NCBI GenBank assembly: GCA_051313645.2 | Contig: JBNRSN020000008.1 | Span: 90,458,001 to 90,522,000 of the forward strand | Origin: Centroscyllium fabricii | Lineage: Eukaryota | Length of the DNA: 64,000 nucleotides | Direction: 5' to 3' | Part shown: in pieces, positions 41,496 through 53,816 of the stretch | How the letters are laid out: each line of letters opens with the position of its first letter | Numbering within the stretch: the stretch's first letter is position 1 | Notes under the pieces: model-generated | Told to the model about the DNA's origin: nothing | Databases searched by the model: none | Seen by the model: the letters and a program-made list of their open reading frames with translations, nothing else | Position numbers and translations under genes: made by a program

Positions 41496-44015
41496 CACTT
41501 GCATTTATACAGTGCCTTTTACAGAGTAAAACACCCCAAGGCGCTATACAGGAGCGTTATCAAAGTAATGTGACACCGAGTCACACAAGGAGATATTGGG
41601 ACAGGTGAGGTAGGTTTTAAGGAGCATCTTAAAAGGAGAGCGATATAGAGGCGGAGACGTTTCGGGAGGAAATTCCAGAGCTTAGGGCCGAGGCAGCTAA
41701 AAGGCACGGTGGCAATGGTGGAGCAAAGAAAATCAGGGTTGCGCAAGAGGCCAGAATTGGAGGAGCGCAGAGACAGAGGGTTAAGAGCTGGAGGAGTTTA
41801 CAAAGATAGGGTGGCGAGAGGCCATGGAGGGATTTGCAAACAAGGATGAGTATTTTAAAATTGAGGTGTTGTCAGACCAGGAACTAATGTAGGTCTACTG
41901 TGAGCATAGGGATGATGGGTGAACAGGACTTGGTACGAGTTAGGATACGGGCAGCAGAGTTTTGGATGAGCTTAAGTTTACAGAGGGTACAAGGTGGGAG
42001 GCCGGCCCGGAGTGCACTGGAATAGTCAAGTCTAGAGGTAACAAAAGCATGGATGAGGGCTTCTGCTGCAAATGGGCTGAGGCAGGGGTGGAGACGGGCG
42101 ATGTTAGAGGTGAAAGTAGGTGGTCTTGGTGATTAAGAGGATATAGGGTCAGAATCTCAGCTCAGGGTCAAATAGGACACCAAGGTTATAAACAGTCTGG
42201 TTCAGCCTCAGACAGTGGCCAGGGAGCGGGGTGGAGTCGGTGGTGAGGGAGAGGGGTGGAGTCGGGGGAGAGGGAGAGGGATGGAGTCGAGGGAGAGGGA
42301 TGGAGTCGGCGGAGAGGGAGAGGGGTCGAGTCGGGGGAGAGGGAGAGGGATGGAGTCGGCGGAGAGGGAGAGGGGTGGAGTCGGGGGAGAGGGAGAGGGG
42401 TGGAGTCGGCGGAGAGGGAGGGCGTGGAGTCGGTGGAGAGGGAGAGGGGTCGAGTCAGGGGAAAGGGAGAGGGATGGAGTCGGCGGAGAGGGAGAGGGGT
42501 GAAGTCGGTGGAGAGGGAGAGCGGTGGAGAGGGAGAGGGGTGGAGTCGGTGGAGAGGGAGAGGGGTGGAGTCGGTGGAGAGGGAGAGGGATGGAGTCGGT
42601 GGAGAGGGAGAGGGATGGAGTCGGTGGAGAGGAAGAGGGGTGGAGTCGGTGGAGAGGGAGAGGGGTGGAGTCGGTGGAGAGGGAGAGGGGTGGAGTCGGT
42701 GGAGAGGGAGAGGGGTGGAGTCGGTGGAGAGGGAGAGGGGTGGAGTCGGTGGAGAGGGAGAGGGGTGGAGTCGGTGGAGAGGGGTGGAGTCGGTGGAGAG
42801 GGAGAGGGGTGGAGTCGGTGGAGAGGGAGAGGGGTGGAGTCGGTGGAGAGGAAGAGGGGTGGAGTCGGTGGAGAGGGAGAGGGGTGGAGTCGGTGGAGAG
42901 GGAGAGGGGTGGAGTCGGTGGAGAGGGAGAGGGGTGGAGTCAGTGGAGAGGAAGAGGGGTGGAGTCGGTGGAGAGGGGTCGAGTCGGTGGAGAGGGGTGG
43001 AGTCAGTGGAGAGGGGTGGAGTCAGTGGAGAGGGGTGGAGTCAGTGGAGAGGGGTGGAGTCAGTGGAGAGGGGTGGAGTCAGTGGAGAGGGGTGGAGTCA
43101 GTGGAGAGGGAGATGGGTGGAGTCGGTGGAGAGGGGTGGAGTCGGTGGAGAGGGAGAGGGGTGGAGTCGGTGGAGAGGGGTGGAGTCAGTGGAGAGGGAG
43201 AGGGGTGGAGTCGGTGGAGAGGGAGAGGGGTGGAGTCAGTGGAGAGGGAGAGGGGTGGAGTCGGTGGAGAGGGAGAGGGGTCGAGTCGGTGGAGAGGGAG
43301 AGGGGTCGAGTCAGTGGAGAGGGGTGGAGTCGGTGGAGAGGGAGAGGGGTGGAGTCGGTGGAGAGGGAGAGGGATGGAGTCGGTGGAGAGGGAGAGGGGT
43401 CGAGTCAGTGGAGAGGGGTGGAGTCGGTGGAGAGGGAGAGGGGTCGAGTCAGTGGAGAGGGAGAGGGGTGGAGTCGGTGGAGAGGGATGAAGTCAGTGGT
43501 CAGCGAGCAGGGTTTGTGGCAGGGACTGAAGACATCTTCCCAATATTTAATTGGAGTAAATTTCTGCTCATCTAATACTGGATGTTAGCCAAGCAGCGTG
43601 ACAAATAAGAGACAGTGGCGGGGTCGGGAGAGGTAGAACTGGGTGTCGTCAGTGTAAATGTGGAACCTGATGTTGTGTTTTCAGATAATGTCACTGAGGG
43701 GCAGCATGTAGATGAAAAATAGGAGGGGCCCAAGGATAGATCCTTGGGGGACACCAAAGGTTGGGAGTGGAAAGCGAATCCATTGTAGGTGATTCTCTGG
43801 CTATGACTGGATAGATAGGAATCGAACCAGGTGAGGGCAGTCCCACCCAGCTGGACAGCGGAGGAGAGGTGAGAGGTGTTGGAGGAGGATGGTGTGGTCA
43901 ACTGTGTCAAAGGCTGCAGACAGGTCGAGAAGGATGAGGAGGGATAGATTACCAGTCTCAGTCACAAAGGATGTCATTTGTGACTTTGATGAAGGCCGTG
44001 TCAGTGCTGTGGTAA
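41496..44015 (-). mobile_element. L2-clade LINE fragment containing an expanded minisatellite
   Basis: LLILLDLSAAFDTVDHTILL; L2 3' tail GCACTGTATAAATGCAAGT at ~41500. Confidence 0.85.
42225..43490. repeat. About 1.27-kb purine-rich minisatellite (GGAGTCGGTGGAGAGGGAGAGGGGT)n with 19-nt variant units
   Basis: Directly visible tandem array. Confidence 0.97.
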
Positions 44016-44168
44016 CAAGTGTGTACATTTTAAAAACAGAAGCAAAGAAAAGTATGTCATTATTTTTTGAATTTGAATAAGAGGTACTGGTTAAGATTCC
44101 CTTTAACAATAGCACTGTTCCTCTCCATTATTAAATAGGCAGATTGGTGTAGGTTAATTAGTTTGTGT

Positions 44169-46306
44169 TGTGGTAAACCACTGTTGTATATATTTGCCTG
44201 TGTGTATACATGCCCGGGCATGCCTGAAGCTGACTCCGCCCCTAGCCTGCCTGATAAAGGCCCAAGCTCTGGGAGCCTGGCCCAGTACAAGGAGTTGCCG
44301 GTCAGTCTAAGGATGTCCAGGGTTCTTGGTGAATAAAAGCCTCAGTTGTATTCTCAACCTCGCCTCGAGTATAATTGATCGCGCATCAATTTTATTCACT
44401 AAGAGTTTTGAGATGGACGCCCTCCTAAAGCTATCCACCCTGGAACTCGATCCGAGCGCACCAGAGGCGCCGAGCAGCTTCTCCCACTGGCTAACCTGCT
44501 TTGAGGGATTCCTGGCGACCTCCGCCAGCACTGTCCAGACGGATGCCCAGAAACTTTTGCTTCTGCAGTCACGGCTCCATCACCGAGTGTTCCAACTCAT
44601 CAAGGGAACGACCTCCTGCACATCGGCGATGGCCCTCCTCAAGGAGCAGTACGAGCGGCCGACTAACACGGTTTACGCCAGGCACCGCCTGCTGACCCGC
44701 AAACAACGGCCCGGAGAGAGTTTCGCTGGCTTTGTGCGGGCCCTGACGGAGCTCAGCAGAGCCTGCAACTGCGAAACGGCCTCGGCAGATGAGCACAGGG
44801 AGCTGCTAGTCAGAGACGCCATCGTCGCCGGCGTACAATCGGACTACATCCGGAAGAGACTGCTGGAACTGGGGAAACTATCCCTGAAGGCGGCCACAGA
44901 CATTGGACTCGCACTCAAAGGGGCTGATCGGAATATGGAGTCGTACGCGCACATGGCCGCCCCATGGGCCTCACTGGAGTCGCCAGCGTGGAACACGCCA
45001 GGCCCGACGCCTTACGCCACGCCACCTTCGCCTCACCCCGTGAACGGCCCGACCACCGCGGCGATACCCCGGAGCCAGAAGTGCTACTTCTGCAGCCAAG
45101 TGAAGCACTCCAGGCAGCGCTGTCCGGCGAAGGACGCTACGTGCACGCGTTGCCAGAAGGGACACTACGCGAGCGTCTGCAAGTCGTCCCCCAGGCCCAG
45201 CAGCGCCGCGTGCGAATCGACCTCGCGGCCATCTTGGACAACCCCCACCATGTGCGACTCATGGGAGCAGCCATCTTGGAAGCCTGCAGCCACAGACCGA
45301 CCCGGCTCCCCGACTGACTGCGATGAGCCACCAGCCGCGGTACTGGCTTCCGTTACCTTGGACCAGTCTGGGCCCCACCACCTCACAAAGTCGATGATGG
45401 ACATTAAGGTAAACGGCTGCGCCACGAACTGCCTGTTTGACTCAGGGAGCACGGCAAGCTTTATCCACCCTGATACGGTGCGCCGCCTCTCGCTCTCCAC
45501 TCGGCCCATGCACCAGCGCATCTCCCTCACTTCCAAATCCCAGACCACGGATGTCGGCAGTTACTGCGTGGTAACCCTGTCGGTGAGCGGAGCAGTGTAC
45601 AATGATTTCAAACTCCTGGTCCTACCCAACCTGTGCGCGGCCATCCTCCTGGGGTTAGACTTCCAAACCCACCTTAATAGTGTTACGATGGCATACGGGG
45701 GGCCCCTTCCCCCCCCCCCCCCTCACTGTCCGCAGCCAGAAGCCCTCAAACCGCCCACCGCGTGCCGTCTGCAGCCTCTCGACCCTCAAGGTCGCCCCTC
45801 CCCCACTGTTTGCTAACCTCACCCCAGACTGTAAACCCATAGCCACTAAAAGCAGGAGATACAGTGCTGGGGACAGGGCTTTCATCAAGTCCGAGGTACA
45901 GCGGCTCCTGAAGGAGGGGGTGATTGAGGCTAGCACCAGCCCCTGGAGGGCCCAAGTAGTCGTTGTTAAGACCGGTGAAAAGAACCGATTAGTTATCAAC
46001 TACAGCCAGACCATCAACCGCTTTACGCAGTTGGACGCGTACCCCCTCCCCCGCATATCTGACATGGTCAATCAGATTGCGCAGTACAAGGAGTTGCCGG
46101 TCAGTCAAAGGATGTCCAGGGTTCTTAGTGAATAAAATTGATGCGCGATCAATTATACTCGAGGCGAGGTTGAGAATACAACTGAGGCTTTTATTCACTC
46201 CAGTACAAGGAGTTGCCGGTCAGTCTAAGGATGTCCAGGGTTCTTAGTGAATAAAAGCCTCAATTGTATTCTCAACCTCGCCTCGAGTATAATTGATCGC
46301 GCATCA
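44169..46306 (+). mobile_element. Internally deleted Gypsy/Ty3-type LTR retrotransposon
   Basis: TG...CA termini; 5-bp TSD TGTGT (44164-44168 and 46307-46311); 220-bp 5' LTR at 44169-44388; gag, protease and partial RT; rearranged partial 3' LTR at 46082-46306. Confidence 0.93.
44413..46090 (+). pseudogene. Gypsy gag-pro-pol, frameshifted and truncated
   Basis: ATG at 44413; zinc knuckles CYFCSQVKHSRQRC and CTRCQKGHYASVC; aspartic protease LFDSGS; frame change at the poly-C run (~45709-45722); RT N-terminus IEASTSPWRAQVVVV...INYSQTINRFTQLDAYPLPRI; ends before the YxDD motif. Confidence 0.9.
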
Positions 46307-46727
46307 TGTGTCTGCTAGCCAGCATCAACTTCTGTAGTTCTTGTTTATACGTGCTGATTGAAATTTTTCATTTTATTTTTCTGACCTTGTGGCTGCTGAG
46401 TTTTACCATTGGTTAACAAAGAACACAACAGGCCTAGACTTAATAAAACTATCACTTGCAGTTTGAATAAACAAGTGCTCCACAGAATCTGATTGTGACA
46501 ACTCACTACATTGTACTCATGTCTGATGTTACCAGAACATGCCCAAATCAAATCTTCTTACCTAAAATTGGTGTCTCCTGGACTTTATGGAGAAATCCTT
46601 CAACTGGGAATAATTTTAAATCATTTTTCTTAAAATTGATCTTTTTGGAAAACAAAGGGGCTTGCATTTATCCTTAGATGGATATTCCTTCTTAGGTAAC
46701 TGGTGCAATTAAATGTATTTCATCAAA

Positions 46728-47022
46728 GGACGGCATTGTTGCCTCACAGCGCTAGGGGCCCGGGTTCAAATCCGGCCTTGGGTGACGATCTGTGTGGAGT
46801 TTGCACACTCCCCGTGTCTGCGTGGGTTTCCTCCGGGTGCTCCGGTTTCCTCCCACAGTCCAAAGATGTGCGGGTTAGATTGATTGGCCATGATAAATTG
46901 ACCCTTAGTGTTAGGGGGATTAAATATGTGGGGTTACGGGGATAGGGTGGGATATGTGTCGGTGCAGGCTCGATGGGCCGGAATGGCCTCTATCTGCACT
47001 GTAGGGATTCTATGATTCTATG
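46728..47022 (+). mobile_element. HE1/V-SINE-like SINE
   Basis: Same B box, core and tail as the copy at 33255; A-box region deleted. Confidence 0.9.
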
Positions 47023-47361
47023 AAAATACTCCACTTGCATATTGATTTAGCTCTGTATCTACAGAATACCATTCCTGTAGTAATGATTTGGAACAATGTC
47101 ATGAAATTAACAAGAGAGGTCATTACGGCATAGCCATAAAGGGGTCGGGGAACTATTCTCTGAAACATGCATGTATGGACTGTAGGGATTCTATGATTCT
47201 ATGAAAATACTCCACTTGCATATTGATTTAGCTCTGTATCTACAGAATACCATTCCTGTAGTAATGATTTGGAACAATGTCATGAAATTAACAAGAGAGG
47301 TCATTACGGCATAGCCATAAAGGGGTCGGGGAACTATTCTCTGAAACATGCATGTATGGAC
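47000..47361. repeat. 181-bp tandem duplication
   Basis: 47000-47180 is repeated at 47181-47361. Confidence 0.93.
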
Positions 47362-47691
47362 TTGTCTATGCCCAGTCAAAACCCCTGGCACATTTTCTGC
47401 TCATTATCTTATACAGTTTTGTAGACTTCAATAAAAGTGCAATTTAAAACAATAAGCCGAGATCCCCTACAGATCTTCATGCTTGATATTATAATAGCAC
47501 TAATGCTCTTCTTTTCATTGCAGTGATTAATTAGGGCTTGCAAATCAAAAAGTCAGATAAAAATAGTGTGATATGGGTTCTAACGTAATCTGAAATGGCC
47601 AGGCCCCGAGCGCAATATACACAAGACTAAAGATGGTGATGTAACATAAACCAGACCTTTCAACATATAAAAGATCCAGTTTTCCTCTTCA

Positions 47692-47898
<207 letters not shown>

Positions 47899-49662
47899 CT
47901 ATTTGAAGAAAGGAAGGAAAAGTCATTCCATTTTAGTTTAAGAGAATGGTAAAACCTTGGTGTCACATCTGGCTTTGGCTCCTATCCAGACAAAGACTTA
48001 ATGAAAAACCAAACAGAAGGAATTTCCTGCTGATTGTGCCATCGGCACACCACTTTATAACTTGTAATGCAAGGTGACATCAATTAAACACATAATTTGT
48101 ATGCGGCATCAGTGGGGGAATATATAGTTATGAAAGTGTGTTTGCTCATCTTACAGCCTAGTTATCCAAAGAATTATTTATAGCCCACATGTTTTGGGAA
48201 GAACATAATGCAATTCATTTATCTCATCTTGATACAATAACTGAATAGTCTGTTGTTCTTACATATATTTACCAGCCAGATCCCATCTAATCAATATGAA
48301 TGACAGGGAGTGAATAAGACTGAAAGTGAGCACAGGCTAAGGGATTATACATAAAACCCAGCCCTGTCACATCAATGAAATGATCACAATACTCGAAATG
48401 ACAACAAAATTATAGCCAGCAAGGAACTCCCTCTTGCATTCTACTCTAGTCATATGCCTTTGCTTACCCTGCCCAAGTAAAAAGTCTGTCCCTTGTCTGT
48501 TAGATTAAGACATCCCTCATCAGTGTCACAATCAGGACAAAAACAAAGCATGATAAACCGAAGGCAAGGTCATCTGTGATTCATGACAGGTTACTTTGTA
48601 GCTAGCTAGCTTTACAGTATCAATAAAATATTAATATGGATACATTTATAGTATTAGACAGTAATAAACTACCCAATGCTATCCATACATAATAAAAGGA
48701 AATTTTGAAAGTTTATTCCAAATATTCCATTTCGGCTACAATATTTGCAATCTATCTGAAACAGAAATAAATGAGAAAATTTCCTTTTTATACATCAACT
48801 ATACAAAATTATGGGTTTCTACCCTGTCTCCATCTAAATACCCAAGCCCACGACAAGACTTCTCTCTGGTGACAATGGAAGCAATCTTTTCCAGCTGAAG
48901 ACTTCCAGTGTCGGAGCAAATCAGCTTCTGCTATGGAAGAAAACATCCACAGAGAACTGTGTGGACAATTACTGCAGTCATTAAGCCCTTATTAGCTCAT
49001 TTTACCAGAGATATGTGTACCCATCATCCCAGGTGAATCCAGTTTACCTTTCTCCAGAGTTATCTGTTTTAAATCACATTTTCACAAGCTCCATTTTTAT
49101 AATGAGATAAGCATATAACATATTCAGTTCAAATTCAGTTTACAAACCCTGAAAATGATCACTGTGGATCAGAAACAAATAACATTTGAGTACAGTAATG
49201 TGTTGGAGATGCTGGGTTTATGGCACAAGTACATCTAGAAGCAGAATTAGTTCACCAGATTAAGAAGGGATATGGTGGAGTATTAGTCAATTAACTATTA
49301 CAGAAGCTCAGTATTTCAGATATTGGACACTAATCTCATTTTTAATAATTTTAATACTTACAACTAATACAGTAATATAAAATCAAACCCATACTATCTG
49401 CAAGCAGATATTTACTTGGTAAAACATAGATAAAATGGGCGACACACAAACTGTTATAGCAGTTCAAAATTATTTCCATGGGTACGTCTTTGTTTTCAAG
49501 TTAATTAAAAAATCCAATAATTCAGTCCTAACTGATGTTTTAGTTCTGTCACCTGCTTGTCATCAAATGAGTGGGAAAAAATGCAATGCTTCCACTGTGT
49601 TGTACATTACTGGGTAGAGTTTCATGTCAAACAAATGGGGTAAACACCCCTTATAAAAGATA

Positions 49663-49913
49663 ATAGAAACATCGAAGACAGGAGCAGGAGTAGGCCATTC
49701 GGCCCTTCGAGCCTGCCCCGCCATTCAATGAGATCATGGCTGATCATCCAAACCCAGTACCCCGTCCCTGCCTTGTCCCCATATCCCTCGATCCCTATCG
49801 AGCCTGCACCGACACATATCCCACCCTATCCCCGTAACCCCACATATTCAATCCCCCTAACACTAAGGGTCAATTTATCATGGCCAATCAACCTAACCCG
49901 CACATCTTTGGAC
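49663..49913 (-). mobile_element. Chimeric SINE body joined to a CR1 3' tail
   Basis: 49796-49913 matches the HE1-like SINE body; 49663-49795 matches the CR1 tails at 29331 and 33800. Confidence 0.75.
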
Positions 49914-49918
49914 ATAAT

Positions 49919-50619
49919 GGGGGCTAAATTGGTCAGCGCACGTTTTGGAGTGCAGCGCTAAAATTAGCGCCTGAGCTCCCGATATTCAGTTTAGTGCCGG
50001 CGTTGCAGATTGCAGCGCTAAAGCAAGCGTTGCACGGGCGCAAACGGCAAATATTCAGGCGCCAGCAGTGAGCGCAGCGCTCCATCTGCCACTCCTGGCC
50101 TTCCCAGAAACGTCGGCGCCGGTCACCTCTTACCTCTTAAAGGAGGAGAGTCTTCCTCCCATTCCAGATACTCCTTGCTGTCTCTCTGTAAAACTTTTCC
50201 CCCTCACAAAAGCACTGTCTCTGTAAAAGTTTTTCCTCTCTCAAAACCAGTGTCTGTCTCTGTTGCCGACATCTCCCAAAATGGCTGCCACACCAAAGGG
50301 AGGAAGTGTCTCCCTTTAAATACCGCCCCAGCGGCCCCGCATCGCGTCAGCTGCGTTCCTCAAAGCTGGCGTGGGCAGCGCTGTGCGTGGGGTAGGCAGG
50401 CGCTGGTGAATTTCTGATGCAGCCCTGGGGAAGGGTGTTGCACGAGGAAATCAGCAGGTGATTGACGTGCGCCCAGCAGCGGGCGCTAACAGTTAGCGCC
50501 GGCGGTGTTCGCCTGCCAAATTTTGCGCCCACGCTAAAATTGCTGCGCCCAGCGCTAAAACCTCTTGCGCCCATTGTCGGGCGCTAATGGGCCGATGCTA
50601 GAGCGCCACTTTAGCCCCC
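49919..50619. mobile_element. Non-autonomous DNA transposon (PIF/Harbinger-like)
   Basis: TIR GGGGGCTAAA(T/G)TGG / CCACTTTAGCCCCC; 3-bp TSD AAT; many subterminal AGCGCTAA repeats. Confidence 0.7.
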
Positions 50620-51201
50620 AATGTGAATAATAATTCTGGGGCAAATGCAATCAGAACACATTTTAAATGTTGTTCAAAGTAATTATGATGCCTTCCACAG
50701 TCTGCAGAAAATGCTAAACCAGTTGAATGGGACACTCACAGTCACGACTGACTCATTATTGAGCAAATTTATTTGTATTTCATCAGTTGTAATTTAACTC
50801 TCCCTTCAGTATCCAGAGGTTTCTAATCAACTTACTCTTGGGCCCCAAGCATGTCCTACTTTTCATGCAATTTCCATCACCTGATCACATCGACCACAGC
50901 TGTCTTCAGAACCTAGGCTTTTCACTGTCTGGAAAACCAATCTTTGAAATTAGTTTTTGGCCTATTAAATCCCCTTTTTTTTTTTAAAGAAATGTTCTTC
51001 CAACTACCGAAATAACCAATGCATGCAGGGAGGCAGAAGAAAGGCAAATAAAAGATTTTTGAAGTTACAATAGCAAAAAAAAAGGTATTGAGTAAAACTT
51101 AGAAAGAACAGAGACAAATAAAGGAATAAAAAGAGATGATGGCAAACACAGAAAGTTTTAAAATGTTTTAGGTATAAAGTTATTACAACGATAAAGCTAT
51201 T

Positions 51202-51867
51202 TCCTGCAATTTAGTATACTGTATTCGCTGCTCACGATGTGGTCTCCTCTACATTGGGGAGACCAAACGCAGATTGGGTAAGCGCTTTGCGGAACACCTC
51301 TGTTCAGTCCCTAAGGGGAACCCGAGCTGCCTGTGGTCTGTCACTTTAATTCTCCACTCCACTCCCATTCAGACCTCACCGTCTGTGGCCTGTTGCATTG
51401 TTCCACGGAAGCTCAGAGTAAATTCGAGGAACAACACCTCATCTTTCGCTTAGGCACTCTACAGCCCTCTGGACTAAACATAAGAGTTCAACAATTTTAG
51501 ATCATAACCTCGGCCCCTATCATATATATATATATTCTCTTTTTTTAACTCACACTTTCGTCTTTGCTTTTTCCTTTTTCTTCTCTCTGCCAGAGCCGTT
51601 CGCACCTCCTCCAGAGCCATCCTGTGTTCCTTGAATTTCTCTTAATGTCTCTTAATCTCCCCCGCCTTCTATCCTGTCGCTGATCTTCCCTTCTGTCCTT
51701 TCAGCCCCTCCCCCTTTCCCCACCCCCTACTTGCTTTAAAATCTATCCCCTCTCTTGGTTTCTCCAGTTCTGACGAAAGGTCATCAACGTGAAACGTTAA
51801 CTCTGTTTCTCTCTCCACCGATGCTGCCTGGCCGGCTGAGTTTTTCCAGCGTTTTCTGTTGTTATTT
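51202..51867 (+). mobile_element. 5'-truncated Penelope-like element with GIY-YIG endonuclease remnant and hammerhead motif
   Basis: Translates SCNLVYCIRCSRCGLLYIGETKRRLGKRFAEHL; core CTGACGA...GAAACGTTAAC at 51770-51801; TSD AAGCTATT at 51194-51201 and 51868-51875. Confidence 0.88.
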
Positions 51868-52287
51868 AAGCTATTCCTCATGTTTAAGTCGCTTTATTTC
51901 TATAATATTGTTTATTACAGCATCAGTGAGTGAGCAAACACAAAGAAAGGAGTTTTCCTAAATCTGCTGACAGTCCACCTGTTCAAAAGTAAACCTGTTC
52001 CTAGTCTTCACCACCAAGCTTCCGCCCCCCCGCCCCAACTGATTTTGCTGGAACTGTGGCAACACTCGTCTTCCTTAACCTTAGCTCATTCAAAGAATAC
52101 ACAAATCTCTATAAAATGACTGCACTAAAGGGACAAGATGGTAAGTATAGGACAACAAACCAAACTTTAAAGGACATAGAATCATTTGGATATTGCAGAA
52201 ATCTTCAAGAACTAAAGAATAAGCCTCTCTTTCAACTCATTACTTCTATAAAACCAGTTATCATTGGCAGATTTCAAAATTAGTGGC

Positions 52288-53816
52288 ATTAGTAGCTGTG
52301 TGAGGCAAAGGAGGAGATTGCAGGGGCTCTGACACAAATTTTCAGAACCTCTCTGGCCACAGGGGATGTGCCAGAGGACTGGAAAACAGCCAACGTAGTA
52401 CCATTATTCAAGAAGGGTAGTAGGGATAAACCAGGGAATTACAGACCAGTGAGCTTAACATCAGTGGTAGGGAAATTATTGGAAAAAATTCTGAGGGACA
52501 GAATTAGTCTCCACTTGGAGAGGCAAGGATCAATCAAGGATAGTCAGCATGGCTTTGTCATGGGAAGATCATGTCTGACCAATTTGATTGAATTTTGAGG
52601 GGGTGATTAGGTGTGTGGATGAGGGTAGTGCAGTGGATGTGGTAGACATGGATTTCAGTAAGGCTTTTGAAAAAGTCCCACATAGGAGACTGGTCAAGAA
52701 GGTAAGAGCCCATGGGATCCAGGCCACCTTGGCACATTGGATCCAAAACTTGCTTAGTGGCAGAAGGCAGAGGGTGATGGTCGAAGGTTGTTTTTGTGAC
52801 TGGAAGCCTGTGTCCAGTGGCGTACCGCAGGGATCGGTGCTGGGTCCCTTGCTGTTTGTAGTCTGCATTAATGATTTGGATATGAATGTAAAAGGTATGA
52901 TCAGTAAGTTCGCAGATGACACAACAATTGGTGGGGTGGTAAATAGCGAGGAGGGAAGCCTCAGACTGCAGGACGTTATAGATGGGTTGGTCAGATGGGC
53001 GGAACAGTGGCAAATGGAATTTAACCCTGAAAAGTGTGAGGTGATGCATTTTGGAAGGACTAACAAGGCAAGGGAATACACAATGAATGGTAAGACCCTC
53101 GGAAAGACAGAGGATCAGAGCGACCTTGGTGTGCATGTACATAGATCCCTGAAGGCAGCAGGACAGGTTAAAAAGGCATATGAGATACTTGCCTTCATTA
53201 GCCGAGGCATAGAATATAAGAGCAGGGAGGTTATGATGGAGCTGTACAAAACGCTGGTAAGGCCACAGCTGGAGTACTGTGTGCAGTTCTGGTCGCCACA
53301 CTATAGGAAGGATGTGATTGCTTTGGAGAGGGTGCAGAGGAGACTCACCAGGATGTTACCTGGGCTGGAGCGCTTCAGCTATGAAGAAAGACTGGATAGG
53401 CTGGGGTTGTTTTCCTTGGAGCAGAGAAGGCTGAGGGGGGACCTGATTGAGATGTACAAAATTATGAGGGGCATAGACAGGGTAGATAGAAAGGAACCTT
53501 TTCCCTTAGTAGAGGGGTCAATAACAAGGGGGCATAGTTTCAAGGTAAGGGGCAGGAGGTTTTAAGGGGATTTGAGGACGAACATTTTCACCCAGAGGGT
53601 GGTTGGAATCTGGAACTCACTGCCTGAAAGGGTGGTAGAGGCAGGAACCCTCACAACATTCAAGAAGCATTCAGATGAGCATTTGAAATGCCATAGCATA
53701 CAAGGCTACGGACCAAATGCTGGAAAATGGGATTAGAATAGACAGGGCTTGATGGCTGGCGTGGACGCGATGGGCCGAAGGGCCTCTTTCTGTGCTGTAT
53801 AACTCTATGACTCTAT
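52288..53816 (+). mobile_element. CR1 LINE RT to 3' fragment (same subfamily as 37468)
   Basis: ORF 52588-53565 nearly identical to ORF 37542-38516. Confidence 0.95.

Noticed and set aside
42215-43588. Four long ORFs, up to 439 aa
   Set aside because: Translations of a stop-free minisatellite; no evidence of coding function.
45705-45725. Programmed ribosomal frameshift in the Gypsy ORF
   Set aside because: The frame change falls in a long C homopolymer between protease and RT; slippage mutation or sequencing error is more likely.
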